Program-made: the position numbers and the translations under genes
Notes under the pieces: generated by a model
Told to the model about the DNA's origin: nothing
Databases searched by the model: none
What the model saw: only the letters and a program-made list of their open reading frames with translations
Virus record (IMG/VR): IMGVR_UViG_2863177392_000001
Location: 2,579-66,578 of that record
Strand: one strand, 5' to 3'
Source of the DNA: a virus
DNA: 64,000 bases
Part shown: piece after piece, positions 25,834-35,220 of the stretch
How positions within the stretch are numbered: position 1 is the first letter of the stretch
Layout: every line of letters begins with the position of its first letter

Positions 25834-25922
25834 GCGATACAGAGTAGCGCAACCCCCTTGCGCCGCATAGCAATGAAGCGCTAGCGTGTATCGCAACAAA
25901 GAAGCGCAACGAGGGGGACCCG

Positions 25923-26261
25923 ATGAACGCCAGCACCCGCACCGCCCGCCGCACCCTCCGCCAGCGCACCCGCACCAACCGCGCCGCCGCCAAGATCCGC
26001 CGCCACGGCACCGCCACCCTCACCACCCACTGCATCGCCGCCGGCCTCCCCGTCCGCGAAGCCCGCACCGTGGCGAGCAGCCTCCGCAAGAACGCCGCCA
26101 AGGCGAACGTCACCGGCACCCCCAGCGTCAGCTACACCCACGGCCGCGCCCGCCAGTGCACGCGCTACAGCCCGGCGGAGGTCGCCCGCATCGCCGTCAT
26201 CTACCGGCCCCGTAAGCCGGCTTACCGCACTGCGGCCGCCCGCCTCGCCCTCGCCGCCTGA
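25923..26261 (+). CDS. basic hypothetical protein
   Basis: Arg/Thr-rich, ending YRPRKPAYR; RBS present. Confidence 0.65.
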   Translation: MNASTRTARRTLRQRTRTNRAAAKIRRHGTATLTTHCIAAGLPVREARTVASSLRKNAAKANVTGTPSVSYTHGRARQCTRYSPAEVARIAVIYRPRKPAYRTAAARLALAA

Positions 26262-26299
26262 CCCCCCGCCCGCGCACCGCCCCGAGACCGGAGTCACCC

Positions 26300-26584
26300 A
26301 TGAAGACCACCGACCTGACCGCCCAGATCCTCACCCTCGCCGCCGAGCAGCTCGACCAGCGAGCCACCTTCACCCACCCCGGCGGCTACCAGACCCCCCG
26401 CTGCATTTCCCTTGGTACCGCGAGGGCGGCGATCGCTGCCGCCTCCGACACGCTTCTCCGCCGCGACCGGCTGGTGGGCTGCAGCTACATCGACGCGGCG
26501 CGGATCACCGTGTACCGCATGCTGCCGCCCGTCACGGGCACCGTGGCCGAGTACGCCGACAGGCTCCGTGCCCTCGCCGCCTGA
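26300..26584 (+). CDS. hypothetical protein
   Basis: GGAG RBS. Confidence 0.6.
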   Translation: MKTTDLTAQILTLAAEQLDQRATFTHPGGYQTPRCISLGTARAAIAAASDTLLRRDRLVGCSYIDAARITVYRMLPPVTGTVAEYADRLRALAA

Positions 26585-26671
26585 TTCCTCCGATGGCCTG
26601 CCGCCACGGCGGGCCCTCGCGGCTTGACCCCCGCCATACGCTCAACCCACCGCCACGAAAGGACCCCAGCC

Positions 26672-26941
26672 GTGTCCGAACTCTCCCACCGTCAGGCACC
26701 GTCCGCCCCGATCGTGTGGGTCCTCTCCACTGGTGAGGACTGCGAGGGCGGTGAAGTCCTCGGCGTCTACGCCAGCAAGGACGCCGCCAAGGGGCCGTTC
26801 GTCGAGGCAGCGAAGCGCATCCCGTTCGACCTGGATCAGGCGTGGCAGGACGAGGAGAGCGGAGCCGTGCACGCCCACGGCGGCTGCGACTGGGTCTCTC
26901 TGGAGCCGCACCCGCTGATCACCGCAACGCAGCTCACCTGA
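26672..26941 (+). CDS. hypothetical protein
   Basis: GAAAGGA RBS; VWVL..GE..EG..VLGVYAS...A pattern. Confidence 0.6.
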   Translation: MSELSHRQAPSAPIVWVLSTGEDCEGGEVLGVYASKDAAKGPFVEAAKRIPFDLDQAWQDEESGAVHAHGGCDWVSLEPHPLITATQLT

Positions 26942-26967
26942 CCGCCCGACACGACAGGACGAACCCC

Positions 26968-27171
26968 ATGACCACCAAACCCACCCGGATCACCCTGTAC
27001 GTCGGCATGAACGCGATCGCCGGAAGCATGCAGGAACTCGTCATCGAAGGCGACGACGTCCCCGACGGCTGGGAGTCCATGACGAACGATGAGAAGGAGG
27101 CGGCACTCGCGCCGTCGATGGACGCCTTCCTCGCGAACGAACTCGACTACGGCTGGACCGAAGCCGACTGA
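26968..27171 (+). CDS. small acidic protein
   Basis: PDGWESMTNDEKE...LDYGWTE. Confidence 0.6.
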   Translation: MTTKPTRITLYVGMNAIAGSMQELVIEGDDVPDGWESMTNDEKEAALAPSMDAFLANELDYGWTEAD

Positions 27172-27184
27172 ACCCGACATGGCC

Positions 27185-27220
27185 GAAGCCCCTCTCCACC
27201 GCCCGGCGGAGAGGGGCTTC
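27185..27220. terminator. hairpin terminator
   Basis: GAAGCCCCTCTCC...GGAGAGGGGCTTC. Confidence 0.65.
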
Positions 27221-27318
27221 CCGTTCGCCCCGAACAAGACGTCACCGTTCGATCACCCCGCCCCCGCGCGCACCCCGACCTCGCGACCCTGGACGCCCAC
27301 CCGCACCCAGGAGCCGCC

Positions 27319-27651
27319 ATGCGAACACGCACCCGCCGCCCCATGTACCCGAAGCCCTGGCACCGCTGGGCCTGGGCCGCCCTGCCGGCCGTCAGCGCCA
27401 CCGCGCTCACCTTCGTGCCGTTCCTCCTCGCCTGGCAGCGCCGCGTCGTCGGCCCGCGCACCGTCGCCGTCTACGCGATCCTCAGCGGCACCCTCATCAC
27501 AGCCGCAGCGGCCGACCTCAACGTCCGCCAGTGGGGCGAGATCTGGCGGGAGGTCATCCGATACGCCATGTGGGCCTACCTCATCACCGGGGTGGTGCAC
27601 GTCGCCCTGCTCGACCTCCCCCGGCGGAACCACGAGACCGTGAAGCAGTAG
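27319..27651 (+). CDS. membrane protein
   Basis: Three hydrophobic segments; AGGAG RBS. Confidence 0.65.
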   Translation: MRTRTRRPMYPKPWHRWAWAALPAVSATALTFVPFLLAWQRRVVGPRTVAVYAILSGTLITAAAADLNVRQWGEIWREVIRYAMWAYLITGVVHVALLDLPRRNHETVKQ

Positions 27652-27717
27652 CCGCCGGACGCGACAGGACCCCGGGAGCCGCCGCCATTGGCCCCCGGGG
27701 TCCCGCCCTGTCGCCCC

Positions 27718-27915
27718 TCAGCGACGCTTACGCCCCCGCGCCTGGCGGGTCCGTGCCGCCTTGCGCGCCATCAGGCTGCGCTGGGCGTGCGTGCGGCCGG
27801 CGTTGGAGATGCGTGCGGCCTTGCTCTTCGAGGCGCCCTGGCGGCGCAGCGCCCGGTACACGTCCTGGCGGGTCTTGTAGACGAAGCCGAAGCGGCCTCC
27901 GCGGTCCGACACCAT
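27718..27915 (-). CDS. small very basic protein
   Basis: YRALRRQGASKSKAARISNA...ARKAARTR; divergent from terS. Confidence 0.65.
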   Translation of the reverse strand: MVSDRGGRFGFVYKTRQDVYRALRRQGASKSKAARISNAGRTHAQRSLMARKAARTRQARGRKRR

Positions 27916-27930
27916 CCCAGCCGCCCTTCT

Positions 27931-27976
27931 CCGTCGAATCGAAGGCACAATGAACCATTGCCCTACGATTCAAAGG
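27931..27976. promoter_or_regulatory. paired 15-bp palindromic sites upstream of terS
   Basis: CCGTCGAATCGAAGG (27931) and CCTACGATTCAAAGG (27962). Confidence 0.7.
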
Positions 27977-28001
27977 TACCCGCATGGAGGAGGCAGCAGA
28001 C

Positions 28002-28586
28002 GTGGCCAACCCGTACCAGGACGCACGCGACGGCAACGGCCGCTACGTCCGCACACCCCAAGCCGCCACCCGCGACGCCCAGGCCGCCGACCTCCGCGCC
28101 CAGGGCTGGACCTACCAGCGCATCGCCGACCACCTCGGCTACACCGGCCGCAGCGAGGCCCGCCAAGCCATCCTCCGCGCCATCAAGGACATCACACAGG
28201 AGCCGGCCGAAGCCGTCCTCCACTTCGAACTGGAGCGCCTCGACGCCGAACTCGCACGCCTCGACGAGCTGGAGACCGCCGTCCGCAAGGTCCTCGGCGC
28301 CCGGCACATCACCGTCAGCAACGGCAGGGTCATCCTCCACCCCGACACCGAGGAGCCGATGGAGGACGACGGGCCGGTCCTCCAGGCCGTCGACCGCCTC
28401 CTGAAGATCGAGGAAGCCCGGCGCCGCAACGGTGAGCGCCGCGCCAAGTTGCGCGGGCTGGAGACCCTCAAGCTCGACGCGACCGTCCACCAGGTCACCG
28501 AACAGGACCGGGAGCTGCAGGAGCTGCTGCGCGAGGCGAGGGCCAAGATGCAGGCCGAGGAGCAGCACATCGTCAACGAGGACTGA
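28002..28586 (+). CDS. terminase small subunit (HTH)
   Basis: LRAQGWTYQRIADHLGY HTH; ERRAKLRGL; directly upstream of terL. Confidence 0.75.
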   Translation: MANPYQDARDGNGRYVRTPQAATRDAQAADLRAQGWTYQRIADHLGYTGRSEARQAILRAIKDITQEPAEAVLHFELERLDAELARLDELETAVRKVLGARHITVSNGRVILHPDTEEPMEDDGPVLQAVDRLLKIEEARRRNGERRAKLRGLETLKLDATVHQVTEQDRELQELLREARAKMQAEEQHIVNED

Positions 28587-28588
28587 CC

Positions 28589-30193
28589 GTGACCACCGCC
28601 ACCCGCACGGCCGGCTACCTCGACGGCCTCGACGCCGAGACGTTCGACCTCGCCGCCTACCTCGCCCAGTTCGACGAGCGGCTCCTCGCCGACCCCAAGG
28701 GCCGCCGGATCCTCACCCGCCTGGATCCGCTGCTCTTCGCGCTCGTCTACCTGCGCCACCACCTCAAGGACGAGGAGGGCCGCATCAGCTTCGGTGACGC
28801 CCACCTCGACTGGTGCCGCGCCGGCCGACGCTGGGTGCGCCCCCCGGCCGGGCCCGCCGCGGAGCGGGACGCGTGGATCGCCCCACGCAACACCGGGAAG
28901 ACCACCTGGTGGTTCCTCATCCTGCCGATGTGGGCCGCCGCCCACGGCCACGTGAAGTTCGCCGCGGCGTTCGCGTCCGCCGCCACCCAGGCCGAGCGGC
29001 ACCTGACGACCTTCAAGCGCGAGCTCGACGGCAACGTCCTGCTGCGCCGCGACTTCCCCGGCCTGTGCACCGCGGCCAAGCGGCCGTCGGGGCAGAACGT
29101 CGCGGACACCCAGTCCATGTACGTCGCGAAGTCCGGGTTCATCTTCGCCGCGCACGGCATCGACTCCAGCGCCCTTGGCATGAAGGTCGAGGAGAAGCGG
29201 CCCGACCTGTTGTTGTGCGACGACATCGAACCGGACGAGGCGTCGTACTCGGCCGAGCTCGCCCGGAAGCGGCTCACCACCCTGCTCGACGCGATCCTGC
29301 CGCTGAACATCTACGCGAGGGTGGCGATCTGCGGGACCGTCACCATGCCGGGCAGCATCATCCACCAGCTGGTGAAGGCCGCGAAGGGCGTCCACGTCCA
29401 GGACTGGATCCGCGACGAGGGGATCCGTGCGCACCACAGCCTGCCGATCGTGCAGCGCCCGGACGGCACCGAGCGGTCGATGTGGCCGGCGAAGTGGCCG
29501 ATCGGGTACCTGCTGGAGATCCGGCACACACGGTCGTACGCGAAGAACATGGCGAATGACCCCTTGGCCGCGGACGGCGCGCTGTGGACGCCGGACGACT
29601 TCCGGTACCCGGAGCCTCCGACGCTGCTGGACCGCGCGGAGCCGCTGAACGCCGCGGACCGGGTGGACCCGGTCACCGGCGCCGACCCGGTCACCCACAT
29701 GATGCTGAGCATCGACCCGGCCACCACCGCGAAGCGCGCGAGCGACTTCACGGGCCTGGCCGTCGTGTCGTGGTCGGCGCAGCACCGGCGGTGCACGGTA
29801 CACGCGGCCATGGCGCTGAAGGTGCGGCCGGGGCCGGAGCTGCGCGCGCGGGTCCTGGCGCTGCTGGATGAGTTCCCGCGGATCGGGCTGATCCTGATCG
29901 AGGTGAACCAGGGCGGGGACGCGTGGCAGGCGATCCTGCACGGGATGCCGGTGCGGGTGAAGACGGTCCACCAGAATGAGCCGAAGTTCTCGCGCGCCGA
30001 GGGGCTGCTCGGCCTGTACCAGCGCGGCCGGGTGCTGCACGCGCGGCGGCTGCCGGAGCTGGAGCAGCAGATGTGCACGTTCCCGAAGGGCCCGAACGAC
30101 GACATGGTCGACGCGGTGGGGAGCGCGGTGCGGCGGTTCATCCCGCCGGAGCGGAAGGCGGCGCCGTCGGCCCGGAAGGCCGCGTACACGTAG
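28589..30193 (+). CDS. terminase large subunit
   Basis: APRNTGKTT, RPDLLLCDD, SIDPA...DFTG and PKGPNDDMVDA motifs. Confidence 0.92.
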   Translation: MTTATRTAGYLDGLDAETFDLAAYLAQFDERLLADPKGRRILTRLDPLLFALVYLRHHLKDEEGRISFGDAHLDWCRAGRRWVRPPAGPAAERDAWIAPRNTGKTTWWFLILPMWAAAHGHVKFAAAFASAATQAERHLTTFKRELDGNVLLRRDFPGLCTAAKRPSGQNVADTQSMYVAKSGFIFAAHGIDSSALGMKVEEKRPDLLLCDDIEPDEASYSAELARKRLTTLLDAILPLNIYARVAICGTVTMPGSIIHQLVKAAKGVHVQDWIRDEGIRAHHSLPIVQRPDGTERSMWPAKWPIGYLLEIRHTRSYAKNMANDPLAADGALWTPDDFRYPEPPTLLDRAEPLNAADRVDPVTGADPVTHMMLSIDPATTAKRASDFTGLAVVSWSAQHRRCTVHAAMALKVRPGPELRARVLALLDEFPRIGLILIEVNQGGDAWQAILHGMPVRVKTVHQNEPKFSRAEGLLGLYQRGRVLHARRLPELEQQMCTFPKGPNDDMVDAVGSAVRRFIPPERKAAPSARKAAYT

Positions 30194-30196
30194 GCG

Positions 30197-30274
30197 TCTT
30201 CGATTCCAAGGTGTAGCGACCGGTGCTCATCTGCCCTCGGGTGCTCAACCTTCGTCTATCCTTCGATTCAAAGG
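30197..30274. promoter_or_regulatory. paired 15-bp palindromic sites upstream of the portal gene
   Basis: TCTTCGATTCCAAGG (30197) and CCTTCGATTCAAAGG (30260). Confidence 0.7.
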
Positions 30275-30293
30275 TGAAGGGTGGGAGGTCGCA

Positions 30294-31820
30294 TTGGAAG
30301 ACGAGACGCGCGCCGACCTCATGCTCGGTATCGAAGAGCTCCAGGAGGCCCGGCCCGGTTACGACCAGGCCCAGACCTACTACGACGGCAAAGTCCCCGA
30401 GGTCTTCACCAACGCCCGCCTGCGCCGCGCCCTAGCCGCACACCGCATCGACTTCGACCTCAACTTCGCCAAGACCCCGGTCAACGCGGTCACCGACCGC
30501 CTGGAGATCGCGGGCATCACCGGCGGCGACGACGACCAGACCGCCCTCATCTCGAAGATCTGGCAGGACAACCAGCTCGACCTGGAGATGCCCGACCTGT
30601 TCCGCCGGGCCGGCGAGTACGGCGACGCCTACCTGATGGTCCTGCCCGTCGACGACGAGCGCGGCAACACGGTCCGGGTCGAGATGTACTACAACTCCCC
30701 GCAGACCGTCCGCGTGATCTACGACGAGGAGAACCCGCGCCGCAAGGCTTTCACGATCAAGCGGTGGGCCGAGGGCAAGTACCAGCGCGCTGAGCTGTAC
30801 TACGACGACCACATCGAACGCTGGACCACCGGCGAGAACAGCAGCGGTGACAACCCCCGCGACTGGCAGCCCTGGCCGGCCGACCCGGAGGACCCCGAGT
30901 CCTGGTCGAGCGAGCACGACTGGGGCGAGCAGCCCGTCTTTCATTTCCGCAACGACCGCCCCTACGGCACGCCCGAGCATTTCGGTGCCTATGGCCCGCA
31001 GAACGCGATCACCAAACTCCAGGCCACCCACATGGGCACGGTCGACTACCAGGGCGCCCCCCAGCGGTACGCGCTCACCGAGACGTCGACAACCGACACC
31101 AGCGACCTGGAGCCCGGCGACTTCGACGACGGCGACTGGCCCGCCGACGAGAACGGGCTGGGCCCGAGCGACTCCGGCGACGACAGCAGCCTGAAGGCCG
31201 GGCCGGGCGAGATGTGGCTGCTGCGCGGCTACAAGGCCGTCGGTCAATTCGACGCGGCCAATCCGCAGGTGTTCCTCGACCCGATCCTGTTCAACGTCCG
31301 CGCGATGGCGCAGATCTGCACCACCCCTCTGCACCTGTTCGATCCGTCCGGCGAGCAGCCGTCCGGGCAGTCGGTGAGGGCGCAGGACGCCCCGTTCACC
31401 AAGAAGGTCGGCAACCGGCAGCTCTCGTACGGCGCCACCCTCCGCGAGGCGCTGGTGTTCGCGCTGCGCCGTCTCGGCGTTGAGAACCCGGTCGTCACGG
31501 TGCACTGGAAGCCGGCGCAGACCGTTGACGACGTCGAGGGCTGGCAGACCGTCAAGGCGAAGATCGAGGCGGGGGTGCCGCGCCGGCAGGCACTCATCGA
31601 GGCCGGTTACCGGGCCGAGCAGGTCGACGCCTGGCTGACCGGGGTCGACGACGCCGAGCTGCAGCGCCGCGTCGACATCCTCGCCAGCCTGGCCGACAGC
31701 GCCCAGAAGATCGGTGCGGCGGCGACGCTCGGCGTGCTGTCCAACGAGCAGGCGCAGGCCCTGCTGGCCGGTGCTCTGTCGGACCTCGAAGTGCTCGCCG
31801 GGGCTCAGGAGAGCGCCTGA
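30294..31820 (+). CDS. portal protein (SPP1 gp6-like)
   Basis: YYDG...LNFAKTPVNAVTDRL...GDAYLMV...PVFHFRN...PSGQSVR; GGAGG + TTG start; follows terL. Confidence 0.88.
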   Translation: MEDETRADLMLGIEELQEARPGYDQAQTYYDGKVPEVFTNARLRRALAAHRIDFDLNFAKTPVNAVTDRLEIAGITGGDDDQTALISKIWQDNQLDLEMPDLFRRAGEYGDAYLMVLPVDDERGNTVRVEMYYNSPQTVRVIYDEENPRRKAFTIKRWAEGKYQRAELYYDDHIERWTTGENSSGDNPRDWQPWPADPEDPESWSSEHDWGEQPVFHFRNDRPYGTPEHFGAYGPQNAITKLQATHMGTVDYQGAPQRYALTETSTTDTSDLEPGDFDDGDWPADENGLGPSDSGDDSSLKAGPGEMWLLRGYKAVGQFDAANPQVFLDPILFNVRAMAQICTTPLHLFDPSGEQPSGQSVRAQDAPFTKKVGNRQLSYGATLREALVFALRRLGVENPVVTVHWKPAQTVDDVEGWQTVKAKIEAGVPRRQALIEAGYRAEQVDAWLTGVDDAELQRRVDILASLADSAQKIGAAATLGVLSNEQAQALLAGALSDLEVLAGAQESA

Positions 31821-32830
31821 TGCCGTACGTCAGCCGCGACCTGATCCGTCTCACCGACGACCACGCTGAGGCGGCACTTGCGCTCGAGCAGGAGACGGCG
31901 GACTCGGCTGTGGGCAGCGCGGACACGGCTACCAAGGCCCTGGTGACGCGGATGCTCACCGCGTGGGTGGCGGCGTTCGGTAGCCCCGACGCGGAGGCCG
32001 GTGACCCGGGCATCGTGCGGCGCCTGCTGGCGTCCGCGCGCGCCGCCGTCCGGCGGATCCTCGACCAGTTGGCGGTGCGCGCCGGGGACGTCCTGACCGC
32101 GGTGCTTCCAGACGCCCTCGCGCTCGGTGTGCGGCAGGCCGGGGAGACGATCGCCGCAGCGGTCGGGCGGCCGCGTCGGGCATCGGCGGCCCGGCCGGGC
32201 CGCGAGCTTGCCGCGGCGGCGGGCCGGGTGGCGGAGATGGTGCGCGAGCGCCGGGACCGCGCGCTGGCGCTGCTGCATCCCGAGCGCGTATCGCGCTGGA
32301 GCGACGTCCTGGCCGGGCTCGGCGCGGCGCGTGCGGCTGTGGCCGCGGTGCGCGCGCAGGCCGCGCTGGTCGTGCACACCGGTGCCAACGACGGTGGCCG
32401 GGCCGTCGCGGATGCCGCGGGCCTCGGCCGGCTGTGGGTGGCGGAGGCAGACGCGTGCGTCAACTGCTTGGCGTACGCGGGCCGCATCGCTCCGGTCGGC
32501 ACCGGCTTCCCTGGCGGCCTGTCCTGGGATCCGCGGCAGCGCCGCACGGGCGCACCGGCCGTGCAGGGCCCGCCGCTCCACCCGAACTGCCGGTGCCGGG
32601 CGATCCCGTGGTCGGTGCGCTGGACGTCGTCGGGCATCCCGTTCCCCGAGGCGGTGCAGCGGGAAGCGGAGCGCGCCATCGGCTACGGCCGGGCCCGCGC
32701 GTCGGAGTCCCGGGCCGCGCGCGTCCGGGCGGCGCGGGAGCTGCTGCGCACCGGCGAGGACCTGCTGCCCGACGTTGAGGCCCGCGCCCGGGCCGCTGCC
32801 ACGAGCGGCCGGTTCCCGGCCGCCGCATAG
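31820..32830 (+). CDS. MuF-like head morphogenesis (minor capsid) protein
   Basis: ACVNC...GPPLHPNCRC motif. Confidence 0.8.
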   Translation: MPYVSRDLIRLTDDHAEAALALEQETADSAVGSADTATKALVTRMLTAWVAAFGSPDAEAGDPGIVRRLLASARAAVRRILDQLAVRAGDVLTAVLPDALALGVRQAGETIAAAVGRPRRASAARPGRELAAAAGRVAEMVRERRDRALALLHPERVSRWSDVLAGLGAARAAVAAVRAQAALVVHTGANDGGRAVADAAGLGRLWVAEADACVNCLAYAGRIAPVGTGFPGGLSWDPRQRRTGAPAVQGPPLHPNCRCRAIPWSVRWTSSGIPFPEAVQREAERAIGYGRARASESRAARVRAARELLRTGEDLLPDVEARARAAATSGRFPAAA

Positions 32831-32883
32831 ACCCCGGCGCCTCGTGACGGGGTCGCCGCCAGCCCCGTGATGGGAGACACCAG

Positions 32884-33639
32884 ATGGGCATCCAGCACAC
32901 CGAGACCGATCTCGACCGCCCGACGGGCATCAGCCTGCCCCCGGGCACGATCGTCGGCTACCGCGCCGACGGCCGGCCGGTCTACGTCATCGCCGGCGGC
33001 GCCGAGGATGATGACGAAGCCGGTACCGAAGTCGATGACGTCGAGGAAGAGGACGTCGAGCCCGAACCGGCAGAGCAGCCGAAGCCGAAGGCCCCCGCGA
33101 AGCCCGACGAGCCGAAGCCGGGTGACGACGAGTACGTACCGCCATCCCGCGAGGAGTGGGAGCGCGTCCGCCGCACCATGGCCGCGCGTAAGAAGGAAAA
33201 GCTCGAAGTGCAGCGGCAGTTGAACGAGCTGCGCGACAAGTACAAGGAGCAGGAGACCGAGACGGAGAAGGCCGTTCGGGAGGCGGAGGAGCGGGCCGAG
33301 GCCCGTTACAAGCCGATCGCGGTCCGCAAGGCCGTCCGGGCTGCGCTCGTCGAAGCCGGGGCGACGGCGTCGACGGAAGGCGACAAGGCGAAGACCGAGG
33401 CGCGCATCGCCCGTCTGATGAAACTGGTCGACGTCACGGACCTGAGCATCGACGACGACGGCGAGGTCCTCGGCGTAGACGAGCAGATCGACAGCCTGCG
33501 CGCCGACTACCCGGAGCTGTTCGAGCCTGCCTCGAAGAAGGCGAAGGCGCGGCCGACTGGGGCGCCGCGGCCGCCGGCGGTGGAGAAGCCGAAGTCGACG
33601 GCGGAGCTCCATGCGGCCAAGCTGCTGGGCAAGGGTTGA
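32884..33639 (+). CDS. capsid scaffolding protein
   Basis: Acidic N-terminus, coiled coil, YPELF; upstream of the capsid gene. Confidence 0.8.
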   Translation: MGIQHTETDLDRPTGISLPPGTIVGYRADGRPVYVIAGGAEDDDEAGTEVDDVEEEDVEPEPAEQPKPKAPAKPDEPKPGDDEYVPPSREEWERVRRTMAARKKEKLEVQRQLNELRDKYKEQETETEKAVREAEERAEARYKPIAVRKAVRAALVEAGATASTEGDKAKTEARIARLMKLVDVTDLSIDDDGEVLGVDEQIDSLRADYPELFEPASKKAKARPTGAPRPPAVEKPKSTAELHAAKLLGKG

Positions 33640-33772
33640 CATTCGCAGGTACATTAAGCCTGTCGCCACCGATTCGGTGATCGAATCACCCTGACGACCT
33701 TGCTTGCGAAGGCGCCCGTGATGGGGCCGGAGCCTCACCGCTTCCCCCATCACGCGCCCGCAGGAGGGCCCA

Positions 33773-34687
33773 GTGGCACGCAACACCATGGAAGCCTGGA
33801 TCCCGGAAGAGTACGAGACCAGCCGGATCGTCCAGGGCATCAACCAGATCAGCGCGGTCGAGGCGCTCGCCTCCCGCATCCCGATGGGCTCCGACACCAA
33901 GCACGTCCCGCGCACCGCCGGGATGGGCGTCGACGTCGTCGCCAAGGGCGGCGCGTACGGTGAGGACACCTCGCTGAACGACGAGGTCCTGCTCACCGCG
34001 CGGAAGTTCGGCAAGGCAGCCAGGCTGGCCGAAGAGGACATCGACGACTCGGTCGCCAACGTCATCGACGCGAAGATGATGGGCTGGGGCAAGTCCTACG
34101 CCAAGATGATCGACAACGCGACCCTCGCCGTGTCGGCCGCGGAGAACGGCACGACCGTCCCCTTCACGTCGCTGTACCAGCTGCTGAACACGACCGACGC
34201 CACCCTCGGCTACACCGGCGGCACGAACATCACCACCGCCTCCAGCAGCGGCGCCCCGACCTACGCCGAGTTCTCCACCGCCATCGGCGGCGTGGAGACG
34301 GGCGACTACTTCGACCCCGGCAACATGGTCGCCATCGCGCACCCGGCGTTCCGCAAGAGCCTGCGTGGCGTCCTCGACGGCCAGAGCCGACCGATCTTCA
34401 ACGAGAACGGTGCCGGGACACCGGACACCATCTTCAGCATCCCGGTCCGCTGGAGCCTCGGCGCCCGCATCTCGGCCACCGCCACGTCCGCTCCGACCGG
34501 CCGCCCGATCATGGCGTTCGTCAACCCCGAGCTCATGCTTCTCGGTGTGCGCTCGGGCCCGGAGTCCGTGTTCATCGACGGCCGCGACGGCCTGTCCGCC
34601 CTCACCGACGAGTCGATCCTCAAGATGCGCGCCCGCCGCGGCTGGGCCTACGGCCACCCGGCCGGCGCGTCCATCCTCGTCGGCTGA
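33773..34687 (+). CDS. major capsid protein (HK97 fold)
   Basis: WIPEEY, EVLLTARKFG, LRGVLDGQSRPIF; synteny. Confidence 0.88.
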   Translation: MARNTMEAWIPEEYETSRIVQGINQISAVEALASRIPMGSDTKHVPRTAGMGVDVVAKGGAYGEDTSLNDEVLLTARKFGKAARLAEEDIDDSVANVIDAKMMGWGKSYAKMIDNATLAVSAAENGTTVPFTSLYQLLNTTDATLGYTGGTNITTASSSGAPTYAEFSTAIGGVETGDYFDPGNMVAIAHPAFRKSLRGVLDGQSRPIFNENGAGTPDTIFSIPVRWSLGARISATATSAPTGRPIMAFVNPELMLLGVRSGPESVFIDGRDGLSALTDESILKMRARRGWAYGHPAGASILVG

Positions 34688-34700
34688 CACCCCCCATACC

Positions 34701-34731
34701 CCGCACCGCCCGACGGCTCCGGGCGGTGCGG
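34701..34731 (+). terminator. hairpin after the capsid gene
   Basis: CCGCACCGCCCG...CGGGCGGTGCGG. Confidence 0.6.
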
Positions 34732-34752
34732 CGGCCAGCAGGGAGGTGAGCC

Positions 34753-35220
34753 ATGGTCAGCAGGAAGACCACCAGCAGCAGCAAGGCGGCCGACACCGCC
34801 GCCGAGGAGACGCCGGCCGCGTCGAGCGAGGACCGCGAGCAGCTGCGGCAGCGGCAGTTCCCCGCGAAGGCCGGCGCTCCGGACGTCGAGGTCGACGAAC
34901 GCTCGCCCGACGGCGCCGAAGGCACCCGCCACGTCAAGGAGTTCGTCGTCCATGGTGACACCTGGACCGGCGAGGAGTACCAGCACGAGGCGAACAAGGC
35001 GGCCGTCGCCAACGAGGCGATCCAGCGCGGCCTCCACCCGCGCGGCGAGGCCGCCTTCGACGGCGCCGAGGACCACCCGGACGGGGTCTCCGTGGTGCTC
35101 ACCTACTCGGTCGAGACCGTCCCGTCGGCCGTCGACCACGCGCCGGAGGACACCACCACGCCGCGCGACGTCATCGAGGCCGACGGCAAGGACACCAGCA
35201 GCAGCAAGCAGGAGCCCTGA
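34753..35220 (+). CDS. virion-region hypothetical protein
   Basis: GGAGGTG RBS; synteny. Confidence 0.7.
   Translation: MVSRKTTSSSKAADTAAEETPAASSEDREQLRQRQFPAKAGAPDVEVDERSPDGAEGTRHVKEFVVHGDTWTGEEYQHEANKAAVANEAIQRGLHPRGEAAFDGAEDHPDGVSVVLTYSVETVPSAVDHAPEDTTTPRDVIEADGKDTSSSKQEP

Noticed and set aside
33636-33660. TTGACA as a housekeeping-sigma promoter for the capsid gene
   Set aside because: No TANNNT at 16-18 bp spacing (TACATT is only 8 bp away); the hexamer overlaps the scaffold stop codon.
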